DNA of 44,664 bases from a virus, in IMG/VR virus record IMGVR_UViG_3300002461_000491, positions 1-44,664 of that record; one strand, given 5' to 3'. The notes beneath the pieces were generated by a model that was not told the origin of the DNA, searched no databases, and saw only the letters and a list, made by a program, of their open reading frames with translations. Below, in pieces: positions 7,866 through 15,989 of the stretch. Each line of letters opens with the position of its first letter. The stretch's first letter is position 1. The translations under genes and the position numbers were made by a program.

Positions 7866-8446
7866 ATGCGCTGGAACTTCTTGGTCAGCCAGGGCCGGGG
7901 CTGTGCGGTCAGCTGCTCGATGCGGCTCAGCCCCGTGTCACCCGGGGCCCGGCGCTGCTGCTGGGCGTTGTTCAGCCGCAGGCCCTGGGCGCCCAGGCTG
8001 CCGCGGCCGGTCAGCTCGCAGCGCAGCAGCACCTGGCCTTCCTGGCCCTCACCGTCACCGGTGCGCACCTTGATCTGGTCCATCAGCCCGGCCCAGAACA
8101 CCTCCGGGTTGCCGATGGGCCGCAGCTCGTCGTCCAGCACGGCCAGGTTCAGGGTGATCGGCCGGCGCTTGTACTGGGCCGGGCTGCCCAGGGCCACGGC
8201 AAGCAGGGCCGGGTTCGCGATGTTGAGCCCCAGCTCGAGCGCGGGGTACTGCAGCTGCTCGCTGTCGTTGATGGGCGACACCGACAGCACGGCACCCAGC
8301 CCCGACCAGGTGTGGCCAGCCCAGTCCACGCTGTGGGTCCAGTTGGTGCGGCGCATGGTCCCGCCCACAAAGCCGAACTCGATCAGCCACAGCAGCGCGG
8401 CGTGGCTGGTCTCTATCTGCCCATAGCCGGCGCCCAGGGTCGTCAT
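7862..8446 (-). CDS. Minor tail / tail-hub protein (DUF2163/g13-like by position)
   Basis: 194 aa with overlapping start and stop to both neighbours. It sits between the Dit-like and peptidase genes. Similarity to BR0599/DUF2163-type proteins is only impressionistic. Confidence 0.4.
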   Translation of the reverse strand: MTTLGAGYGQIETSHAALLWLIEFGFVGGTMRRTNWTHSVDWAGHTWSGLGAVLSVSPINDSEQLQYPALELGLNIANPALLAVALGSPAQYKRRPITLNLAVLDDELRPIGNPEVFWAGLMDQIKVRTGDGEGQEGQVLLRCELTGRGSLGAQGLRLNNAQQQRRAPGDTGLSRIEQLTAQPRPWLTKKFQRI

Positions 8447-9045
8447 GCGGGCACCTGCTCGAATGCCAGCGTCATGCCAGTGCTGCGGGCACCCTGCTGC
8501 TGCATGCTGGGCCGCTGGCTGGTCATCACGAACAGGGCCGTTGGCTTGATCAGCACCAGCGGGGTAGCCACCGGGGGCGCAGCCTGAAGGGGTGGGCGCA
8601 GCACCAGGGTGGCGCGGCCGCTGCCGTCACTGTTGGCGGTGACAACCAGTCGCTTGAGCTCGCCATTCACGCCCACATAGCTGCCGGCCTGCAGGATGCC
8701 GGCCACGCCCGGCGTCCAGCCTTCGGTGGCCAGGCTGACCCCGGCGGCTGACACACGCACCACCGGTGTGCCGGTGGCCGGGCCGATGGGGGCCTCGCGG
8801 CGCCAGTCCCAGCAGCGCACGCGGTTCACGGCGCCGTCGAGCTGGTCGACCAGCGCTTCCCACAGGGGCACCTCGTCATGCCGCACCACGCCGGTGGTGA
8901 TGCTGAACACCCAGCGCGGTGCGCCCATGGTCTGGGCCTGCACGGTGCCGTCGAAAGCGCTGCGGCCCATCATCTGCGGGATGGTCAGGCCCCAGTCCAC
9001 GGTGGCGGGGCGCAGGGCGGTGGGCCAGTCGATGATCAGGGCCAT
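8443..9045 (-). CDS. Distal tail protein-like minor tail protein
   Basis: ATG at 9045 (MALIIDWPTALRPATVDWGL...), 200 aa, and the first gene after the tape measure. The 24 upstream codons of the track ORF have poor composition. Confidence 0.4.
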   Translation of the reverse strand: MALIIDWPTALRPATVDWGLTIPQMMGRSAFDGTVQAQTMGAPRWVFSITTGVVRHDEVPLWEALVDQLDGAVNRVRCWDWRREAPIGPATGTPVVRVSAAGVSLATEGWTPGVAGILQAGSYVGVNGELKRLVVTANSDGSGRATLVLRPPLQAAPPVATPLVLIKPTALFVMTSQRPSMQQQGARSTGMTLAFEQVPA

Positions 9046-9145
9046 GGTGCCCTGCAGGTTGCCAGCGCGGCGCTGACAGGTGCAGGGGTGGGCGCAGGCC
9101 CAAACCGGGGCGGGCAATGCGGCGCGGCGCCGCGGCCGGGCCCGG

Positions 9146-11473
9146 TCAGTCCATGCGGCGGTCCATCATCTCCAGCAGCTCGACCTGGGACTGCCTGGTC
9201 ATCACCTGCATGTCGGCCAGGATCTGGGCGCGGTCACTGCGGCTGTCGATGTGGAAGATGGGCGCGTAGGTGATGCGCGGCCCACCGCCGGCCTTGGCCA
9301 GCGCGCTGACAGGTGCCATGGCCTTCATCTGCCCTTCGGTAAACACGCCTTCCTTGCGCTGCAGCACGGCGGGCACCTCGTCGGGGCCGATGCCGGTGTG
9401 AAAGCGCGGCGCGTTGCGCCAGGTCGACGACGGCATGGCGCGGGTGAAGGCGGGCCCGTCACCGCCCACCAGGCCGCCGCCGTGGAAGAACTGCCCCAGG
9501 TCCTGGTTGCCGTAGCCCGCACCGCTGCCGAACCCGATGCTGGCCAGCCCGCCAAAGGCGTTGAACCCACCGGTGAACATGCCCAGCAGGCCACCCAGCA
9601 GGCCGCCACCACCGCCTCCACCACCTGTCAGACCGCTGGCAATGGGGCTGATGATGGGGCGCAGCACGGTGCGGGCGAACTGGGCCTTCAGCTCGCGGAT
9701 GAAGATGTCGGCAAAGCTGCCGCCTTCGCGGAAGCCATTCATCAGCCCGTCCTCGATGCTTTGGGCCACGCCGTCGGTGCGGCGCTGGTTCTCCGCACGC
9801 TCACGCTCGAAGCGGTCGATGGCGGACTTGCGCTGCGCTTCGGTCTGTCCGCGCACAAACGCCTGGCCCTGCGCGGCCTTGAGCTGCTGCAGGGCGGCAA
9901 TCTGCCGCTGCAGCGCGTCGGTCTGGGCCTCGTAGCCCTGAGCGCCTTCAATCACGCTGAGCATCGCTGCGGCGTCGGCAATCTGCTGGTCGACCAGGGC
10001 TTGCCGGCGCTGCAGCAGCGCGGCTTCGTTCAGGCCGATCTCGGCGGTTTGGTTGGTCAGGGCTGCCACTTCACGCTCAGCCGCCAGGGCGTCGCGCTGG
10101 GCAGCCTGGGCGGCCCGGTCCATGGCCTTGGCCCGCTGGTCAATGGCCTGGGCGGCGGCCAGCTCCATGGCGGCATTGGTCTCGCCGGTAGCGGCCAGCT
10201 CGCTGCGGCGGAAGTCGTCACGCGCCAGGCTGCTGGGGTTGCTGCCACCGTACACGCGCTCCATCAGCGCAATGCGGTCGGCCAGCGCCTTGTCAGCGGC
10301 GGTGCCCTTCTTGCCGCGGGCGTCTTCAGCGGCGGCAATGGCCAGCTTGTCGTTCTTGGCGCGCTCTGCGTCGGCGTAGGCAGTGCGGCTGTCGATCGAC
10401 TCTTGCAGCCGCAGATTGTTGAGGTCGGCCTGCAGGCGCTTTTCTTCGGATCTGATGGCGGCCATCCGCTCGCTGTCCACCCGCGCCAGTGGAATGGCCT
10501 CCTGGAACTTGACCAGCCGGGCTTGCGCCTTCTCGATCTGCTCCTTCAGGGTGTCCTGCCGGCCGATGCCCAGCATGGCGTCCCAGGTGCCCTTGGCGGC
10601 CGATGTCACAGCGTTCCAGGCGCGCTCCAGCGTGCCGAGCCGGCCCTCAAGCTGCTCGGTGCGGGTGGCCATCACTGTGGCAAAGCCGTCTTGCGCCAGG
10701 CTGGCGGCCTCGGCGGTGCGGCCCTGCTCCATCAGAGCTCGGATCTGCCGGTACAGAGATTCGGTCAGGAAGTTGGTGCCCTCGTTGAGCTTCAGCGCGG
10801 CCTGCAGGGGGCTCTTGCCCAGCTCGGCAAACTGCTTGACGGTGGCGTCGACCGCCTGGCCGGTGGTGCGCTCCATGCGAATGGCCAGCTCGGTGAACCG
10901 CTGCAGGCTGCTGCCCGCCACCTGGCCGCTGCCCACCATCTGCGCCAGCGCGGCGCTGGCCTGGCGCTGGGTGCCGGCCACGTCGCTGATGGCCTGGGCC
11001 ATGCCCACCAGCTCACTCATCGTCACGCCGGCGGCATTGCCTGTCAGCACCATCGAGCGTGCGAATTCGTCCTGCTCGCCGCTGCCCTGGTTGTAGGCCA
11101 GCGCCAGCGCGCCAGCGGCAATGGCTGTGCCGCCCAGCGCCACGTTCAGGGGGTTCAGCAGGCTGATCAGGGCGCGGCCGGCAGGCAACACACCGCCAAA
11201 GCTGTCCTTGATCTGGCCGCCTTGCTGTATGGCCACGGTGAATGCGCTCTGCCCGCTGGCCAGGCTGGTCCAGATGTCGGTGATCTGCGCCGGCAGCTGC
11301 TGGAACGCGACGCGGGTCTGCCCGGCGCTGACACCCAGGTTGCGCAACGGGGCGTTGGCGGTGGTGGCGGCCGCACCCAGTTGCTGCACCGCAGCGGTGG
11401 TCACCTGCAGGCCCCGGCTGGTCTCCACCACTCCGTCGGCGCGCAGCCTCAGGCCAACTTCTTCAATGGTCAT
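9146..11473 (-). CDS. Tail tape measure protein (lambda-type)
   Basis: 775 aa, Ala/Gln-rich and helical. It has a Gly-rich hydrophobic block (GGGGGGGLLGGLLGMFTGGF) near the C-terminus and follows the G/GT chaperone pair. Confidence 0.85.
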   Translation of the reverse strand: MTIEEVGLRLRADGVVETSRGLQVTTAAVQQLGAAATTANAPLRNLGVSAGQTRVAFQQLPAQITDIWTSLASGQSAFTVAIQQGGQIKDSFGGVLPAGRALISLLNPLNVALGGTAIAAGALALAYNQGSGEQDEFARSMVLTGNAAGVTMSELVGMAQAISDVAGTQRQASAALAQMVGSGQVAGSSLQRFTELAIRMERTTGQAVDATVKQFAELGKSPLQAALKLNEGTNFLTESLYRQIRALMEQGRTAEAASLAQDGFATVMATRTEQLEGRLGTLERAWNAVTSAAKGTWDAMLGIGRQDTLKEQIEKAQARLVKFQEAIPLARVDSERMAAIRSEEKRLQADLNNLRLQESIDSRTAYADAERAKNDKLAIAAAEDARGKKGTAADKALADRIALMERVYGGSNPSSLARDDFRRSELAATGETNAAMELAAAQAIDQRAKAMDRAAQAAQRDALAAEREVAALTNQTAEIGLNEAALLQRRQALVDQQIADAAAMLSVIEGAQGYEAQTDALQRQIAALQQLKAAQGQAFVRGQTEAQRKSAIDRFERERAENQRRTDGVAQSIEDGLMNGFREGGSFADIFIRELKAQFARTVLRPIISPIASGLTGGGGGGGGLLGGLLGMFTGGFNAFGGLASIGFGSGAGYGNQDLGQFFHGGGLVGGDGPAFTRAMPSSTWRNAPRFHTGIGPDEVPAVLQRKEGVFTEGQMKAMAPVSALAKAGGGPRITYAPIFHIDSRSDRAQILADMQVMTRQSQVELLEMMDRRMD

Positions 11474-12241
11474 CCAGGGCCTCCACTGCAGCTTGTTCCA
11501 TGTCGACCAGGTGCATGAACACCTGGTCTTGCTCAGCCTGGCTGGCGCCGCGCATCAGGCGGGCCACCATGGCCTCTGCAGCGTCGTGCCGCAGGCCCTG
11601 CAGGTGTCCGGTTGGCGACAGGTGCCACTGCGTCTGCAGGCGCAGCCAGGCCTGCAGGGCGGGCCAGTTCTCGGGCCACACCTGCAGGGGGTCGCCCGGC
11701 TGCTCGTCGCCGGCCGCGCCGTCGTCTGGGTTGCTGCTGCCATCCTGCTCAGCCAGCCAGGCCTGCGCCTGCGCGCCGGCAATGCCCATGCGCTGCAGGT
11801 CGTCTTGACGCTCGTCTTGCTGCCCGGCACGGCGCATGGCGGCCACCCAGCGGCGCGCGGCCGCTATGCGTTTTTTCGGGCGGCCACCCCCCGCATCACC
11901 GTCATGTAGGTGGCCACGATGGCGGTGCGCACCACCGGCACGGCCAGCAGTGCGCCCAACGCCTCGGGGCTGAACGGGTGCACCACGCCTTCTTCGTCGG
12001 CCAGGTTGCGCCAGCCGGCCACCACGCGCCGGCAGATCTCGGCCTCGGTCGGCATGACATCGCCTTCTTCCAGCCCCAGCCCCTGGAACTTGTCCAGCTC
12101 TTTCTGCGGCTGCGGCTTGAACAGCATGTCGAGCGTGGCCGTGGTGTAGGTGTTGTCGCTCGGCACGGGGATGCGCACAGTCCACCAGAAGTTGGCGGGC
12201 ATGCGCAGCACGAAGGGGCTGGTCTTGTCGGTGTCGGTCAT
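11463..12241 (-). CDS. Tail assembly chaperone frameshift product (GT-like, via a -1 shift near 11870-11876)
   Basis: A -1 shift at A_AAA_AAC continues as KKRIAAARRWVAAMRRAGQQDE...PLQVWPENWPALQAWLRLQTQWHLSPTG, a DUF1799-like T segment. That frame has no credible start of its own, and its stop (11463) overlaps the tape measure start. Confidence 0.65.
11864..12241 (-). CDS. Tail assembly chaperone (G-like), 125 aa
   Basis: ATG at 12241 (MTDTDKTSPFVLRMPANFWW...). It lies between the major tail and tape measure genes and ends ...VAARKNA* directly after a slippery heptamer. Confidence 0.7.
   Translation of the reverse strand: MTDTDKTSPFVLRMPANFWWTVRIPVPSDNTYTTATLDMLFKPQPQKELDKFQGLGLEEGDVMPTEAEICRRVVAGWRNLADEEGVVHPFSPEALGALLAVPVVRTAIVATYMTVMRGVAARKNA
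11870..11876 (-). other. Programmed -1 ribosomal frameshift slippery heptamer A_AAA_AAC
   Basis: The minus strand reads CGA AAA AAC GCA TAG in the G frame. The heptamer lies 2 codons before the G stop and the -1 frame stays open for about 135 more codons. Confidence 0.7.
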
Positions 12242-12254
12242 GGGTGGTGGCGCC

Positions 12255-13187
12255 TCAGGTGTACAGGGCCGACATTTCGTCGTTGCCGGCGTTGCGGGCA
12301 ATGTGCAGGTCGCACTCGAGCATCAGCACGCCCTGTTCCACCCGGGGCTTGGGCTTCATCAGCTGCACCCGGGGCAAGGTGCGGGTGATGATGTTGCCGG
12401 CTGCCGTGCCGTGCACGATGCTCATGGCAGAAGGCGTGGCCAGCGTGCACAGGCCCGCGGCGCCCAGAAAGTCCTTCTCGGCCACCAGCGGCATCTCCAC
12501 GCTGATCTTGCCGCTCATGCTGCGGCCCACGATGGTCACATCCTCCCTGCCGGTCAGGTTGCGGTACTGCACATCGTTGTTCTGGTCGATGGTGAAGCTG
12601 CTGAGCCGCGCCGCATAGCCGCCGATCGTCAGCACGGTGTTGGCCTTGTTCATGGCCACCGGGCGGGGAATGGTGGGCAGCGTGGGCACGGGCAGCGCGG
12701 CGTCGATCATGGGCACGTTCAGGCCGATACCCTTGAAGGTGAGGCGCGGCGCCTTGCGGGCCTGCCAGTTCTCGCTGATGCTGCCGCGGATGCCCAGCAT
12801 CTTCTGCAGCACGCCGTCCACGTAGTAGTACATGCAGGCCGACTCTTCGCCCTTGCTCACCAGGTTGTAAGCGACGCTGGTGCTGGCGTTGACGGTCTGC
12901 GCCCAGCCCGATGCCCGCAGGATGGGCCCGTGGTTTGGCACCGTGCCCAGCGGTGTGCCACCGCCGCACAACAGCACATCGAAGCTGATGGTCGACCACA
13001 CCGCGCCCACGATCATTTCGTTGCTGCCGAACGTGTCGCTGACCGGCGTGTAGTCGTCGGTCTCCATCTCCAGCGGGTTGATGTCCACGTTCTGCGCCAC
13101 GATCACGTTGGCGGTGTTGGTGGGCACGCTGTCCACGCCATAGGTGGACTCCATCTTCCACAGCAGCACCTTCAGTGCGTCCTTCAT
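12255..13187 (-). CDS. Major tail (tube) protein
   Basis: 310 aa with balanced, beta-rich composition. It lies immediately upstream of the chaperone pair. The call rests on position and size. Confidence 0.6.
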   Translation of the reverse strand: MKDALKVLLWKMESTYGVDSVPTNTANVIVAQNVDINPLEMETDDYTPVSDTFGSNEMIVGAVWSTISFDVLLCGGGTPLGTVPNHGPILRASGWAQTVNASTSVAYNLVSKGEESACMYYYVDGVLQKMLGIRGSISENWQARKAPRLTFKGIGLNVPMIDAALPVPTLPTIPRPVAMNKANTVLTIGGYAARLSSFTIDQNNDVQYRNLTGREDVTIVGRSMSGKISVEMPLVAEKDFLGAAGLCTLATPSAMSIVHGTAAGNIITRTLPRVQLMKPKPRVEQGVLMLECDLHIARNAGNDEMSALYT

Positions 13188-13190
13188 GGC

Positions 13191-13400
13191 TTACTCCTGG
13201 CTGGCCGCGGGGTTGGCCGGGGCGTTGCTGTTGCTGGGGTCTGGGTCGCTGCCGGCATCACGCGTGTGCTCCACGCGCTGTGCTGTGCCATCAGGCTGAA
13301 CGGTGTAGCTGCCACCGGCCTGGCGCTGCGCCGGTGGTGCGGCCGGGGCAGCAGGGGCGGCGGGGGCGGCCAGGTCATTGGCGGTGCTGGTCTTGGGCAT
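13191..13400 (-). CDS. Small Ala/Pro-rich protein, function unknown
   Basis: 69 aa. ATG at 13400 is preceded by AGGA with a 6-nt spacer inside the end of the upstream gene. The stop is 4 nt before the major tail gene start. Confidence 0.45.
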   Translation of the reverse strand: MPKTSTANDLAAPAAPAAPAAPPAQRQAGGSYTVQPDGTAQRVEHTRDAGSDPDPSNSNAPANPAASQE

Positions 13401-13809
13401 CGTGGGTCCTTTCGGGCGGTGCGGCAGGTGTTGGCGCGGTGGGCTCGGCCGGTGCGGCCGCGTTGTTGAAGGTCACGTTGATGCCCAGGCGCTGCTTCAC
13501 CAGCAGCAGCATCAGGTCGATGAAACTGGCCGCGCCTATGCCGCTGAAGATGGCCAGCCCAAGCAGGAAGGGCAGATCGGCGCTGAATCGGCTGTACGTC
13601 ATCAAGTACACCGCCGACCCCCAGGCCGCGCTGTGCAGCAGCGTGCCCACCACCATGCGCTTGGTCAGCGCCTGGTTGCTGCGCAGCAGCATGCCCAGGG
13701 CCAGCATGCTGGCGCCGCTGCCGCCCATCACCGCAAAGATCAGCCACAGGCTGGTCTCGTTCACTGCGTCTTGCAGGTTGCGCAGGCTGATGCTTTGGGT
13801 GTCAGACAT
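13375..13809 (-). CDS. Three-TM membrane protein, holin-like
   Basis: 144 aa with strong GC3 bias. Three hydrophobic spans are predicted (about aa 20-42, 52-70 and 79-104), followed by a charged Pro/Ala-rich tail. Its size and topology fit class-I/III holins, and it is embedded in the neck/tail module. Confidence 0.5.
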   Translation of the reverse strand: MSDTQSISLRNLQDAVNETSLWLIFAVMGGSGASMLALGMLLRSNQALTKRMVVGTLLHSAAWGSAVYLMTYSRFSADLPFLLGLAIFSGIGAASFIDLMLLLVKQRLGINVTFNNAAAPAEPTAPTPAAPPERTHDAQDQHRQ

Positions 13810-14221
13810 ACAGCGCCTCCAACGCCATCACGATCCAGCCCACCGGGGCTTCCAGGCCGCGGCTGTAGGCCACGTCTCTGGGGTACACGGCATCGATCGG
13901 TGCTGGCTTGTCGGCTTGGCACCATGCCAACAGCTCGGCCTCGAGCTCGGCTTCGGCCTGCTCCACCACCACCGGTGCTGCGTCGTCTTCCACCCGCACA
14001 TAGCCCACCACGGCAAAGCGCAGCGTGCCGTACTGGCCTTCGCGGCCGGTGTACTCGGTCCAGCCGCTGGTGCCCTCGGCTATCAGCGTGAACACGCCGT
14101 CGTACAGCTTGGCGTCGCCCAGCGCGGCTGGGTCCACCATGCCGCGCAGCACCTGGCGTGCTGGGTACATAGCCTGCAGGCTGGCATGAGCGGCAGCCAT
14201 GGTGGCTTCACGGGCGCTCAT
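13802..14221 (-). CDS. Tail terminator / tail completion protein (by position)
   Basis: ATG at 14221 overlaps the upstream stop (TGATG). 139 aa, MSAREATMAAAHASL.... The N-terminal 113 codons of the track ORF are R/P/G-rich and were rejected. Confidence 0.4.
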   Translation of the reverse strand: MSAREATMAAAHASLQAMYPARQVLRGMVDPAALGDAKLYDGVFTLIAEGTSGWTEYTGREGQYGTLRFAVVGYVRVEDDAAPVVVEQAEAELEAELLAWCQADKPAPIDAVYPRDVAYSRGLEAPVGWIVMALEALYV

Positions 14222-14802
14222 CAGGCGCCCCCCCGGCCGGCATTGCGGATGCCGGTGCGCACGGCCAGAACCAGGCCATCGATGGTGCTTTGGCGCACCA
14301 CGTCGGCAGTGCGGTCCACAAACGGGTCGGCCTTGATGCCGCGGGCCTTGATGGCGCGCGACATGGCCATGTACCGGTCGCGCAGGTCGAGCTCGTGCGC
14401 AGTGGCGCGGCTGCTGCCCTTGCGGGCCCGGCGCCACCTCGGGTTGGCCAGGCGGGCGGCGTCGCCCATGCGGTCTTGCAGCCAGGCCACCACGGCAGCC
14501 GCTGCGGGGTCGAAGAAGCGGGGCAGGCCTTTGCCGGGCTTGCGGCCGGCGTGCACCCACTTGGCATAGGCCACTGTGGGCTCAACCACCAGGGTCAGGC
14601 CGTCGCTGCCTTCAGGGCGCACGGCAATGCTGTTGGCCAGTGTGGTGCGGCTGCCCTTGGGGGCTTGGCGCTTCATCTCGGCGGCGGCACGCTGGGCCAG
14701 CACGGGCAGGGTGCGCCGCAGCTCGGCGCGCACGCTGATGCCCACGCGGCCCAAGCGGGCGGCAGCCTGGTCGGCGTTGTGCTGCAGGCCGGTGGTGGTC
14801 AT
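14221..14802 (-). CDS. HK97 gp10-family head-tail joining protein
   Basis: ATG at 14802 (ATGA overlap), 193 aa. AQRAAAEMKRQAPKGSRTTLANSI resembles the Ak..aPv.tG.Lr.si signature of the gp10 family. Confidence 0.5.
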   Translation of the reverse strand: MTTTGLQHNADQAAARLGRVGISVRAELRRTLPVLAQRAAAEMKRQAPKGSRTTLANSIAVRPEGSDGLTLVVEPTVAYAKWVHAGRKPGKGLPRFFDPAAAAVVAWLQDRMGDAARLANPRWRRARKGSSRATAHELDLRDRYMAMSRAIKARGIKADPFVDRTADVVRQSTIDGLVLAVRTGIRNAGRGGA

Positions 14803-15419
14803 CGGGCAGCCTCCCACTCACCCAGCAGCTGTTGGTACAGGGCTGCTGGGGTGCTGTTGCGGGGCGTGCCGCTGTAGCCGTCACGCAAGCCCACGGGCTT
14901 GTTGATGTTGCGCATGCTCAGCTCCCGCATGGCCTCGGCCTGGGCGCGCAGCAGCAGCAGGGGGCGATCGGTGGCGGCCAGGGTGGCGGCGGCAGCGTCA
15001 GCGCCCACGCTGTGCAGCCCGAAGTACCAGAACTTGAACGTCGACCCGTAGGCGGAGATGTGCCCCCAGCTGGGCGCAGGGTCGAACACCAGCTGCCACG
15101 TGCTGCCGGACTGCGCCGCAGAAACGCGAGGCAGCGCGCCGGGGTAGTCAGGCGCCCAGGGTTTGGGCGGGCGGCTGCCCCAAACGTGGGTCTTGTACTG
15201 GGCGAAGTCGTTGCCGTGTACGGTGTAGGCGGGCACGTCGGCCTGCAGTGTCACCTGGCCCAGCAGAGTGCGCGGCCGCTTGGCCTGCATGCCAGTCAGG
15301 GCGATCGACAGGAAGCGCTTCCAGTCGGCATCAGCCGCGGCGTTGAACACCGTGGCCGAGTCATGCAGGCTGCGCTTGAGGTCTTCGATCAGATCAGCCT
15401 GGCTCATGGTGCCCGACAT
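14799..15419 (-). CDS. Head-tail adaptor/connector candidate
   Basis: 206 aa with good composition, lying between the capsid-proximal small gene and the gp10-like gene. The call is positional. Confidence 0.35.
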   Translation of the reverse strand: MSGTMSQADLIEDLKRSLHDSATVFNAAADADWKRFLSIALTGMQAKRPRTLLGQVTLQADVPAYTVHGNDFAQYKTHVWGSRPPKPWAPDYPGALPRVSAAQSGSTWQLVFDPAPSWGHISAYGSTFKFWYFGLHSVGADAAAATLAATDRPLLLLRAQAEAMRELSMRNINKPVGLRDGYSGTPRNSTPAALYQQLLGEWEAAR

Positions 15420-15465
15420 GGCCGTTGGCTCCTTTGGTGTAGCTGGTGGCTGTGGTCAGGGTGGC

Positions 15466-15903
15466 TCAGGCGCCGGTACCGGCGTCGGTGCTGGCGTCGG
15501 TACTGGCAGCCTTGGCCTGGCCACCGGTTGCGGCAGCGCTTGCCCGCGCCTCAGCGCGCTGCAGCTGCTGCGCGCCGATCGCGTTCAGAAGCGTCACGCG
15601 CGGGGTCGAGTTGGCCACCTCACCAGCGTGCAGCTCAGCCAGCGATTGGTCGCCCAGCTCGTCCACCATCGGCAGCAAAGCCCTCAGCGGCAGCTTCAGC
15701 ATCTCGGCAATGTTCGCGGCCAGGGTGGCATCGCCTGGCGCCTTGTCGTCACCACCGGCAGGCAACTCGGCCCCGGACGAATCCAACGGGGCTTCTGGCG
15801 GCAGAAACTGGGTATCAACCTCGCGCCCTTCCTGCGGCGGGATCATCACCCCGCCCACGAAGATGGTGCGGCCGCTGTCGTTGTGGATGTAGCGCTTGGG
15901 CAT
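15466..15903 (-). CDS. Hypothetical head-associated protein (145 aa)
   Basis: ATG at 15903 (MPKRYIHNDSGRTIFVGGVMIPPQEG...). It follows the capsid ORF. The upstream 57 codons of the track ORF overlap the capsid 3' end and are P/R-rich. Confidence 0.45.
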   Translation of the reverse strand: MPKRYIHNDSGRTIFVGGVMIPPQEGREVDTQFLPPEAPLDSSGAELPAGGDDKAPGDATLAANIAEMLKLPLRALLPMVDELGDQSLAELHAGEVANSTPRVTLLNAIGAQQLQRAEARASAAATGGQAKAASTDASTDAGTGA

Positions 15904-15989
15904 GGGGGGTGTCTCCTGGGTGTGGCGCACCCCGCCAGGCACGCATGGCCGGGCGGGGTGGACTGCTGGGGCCGACGGGCGGCCCTGCG

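Noticed and set aside
11463-12185. 240-aa minus-strand ORF treated as an independent gene
   Set aside because: Its first 100 codons or so are R/G/A-rich and overlap the G chaperone in another frame. Only the distal part is protein-like, and that part is reached by the -1 frameshift at 11870-11876.
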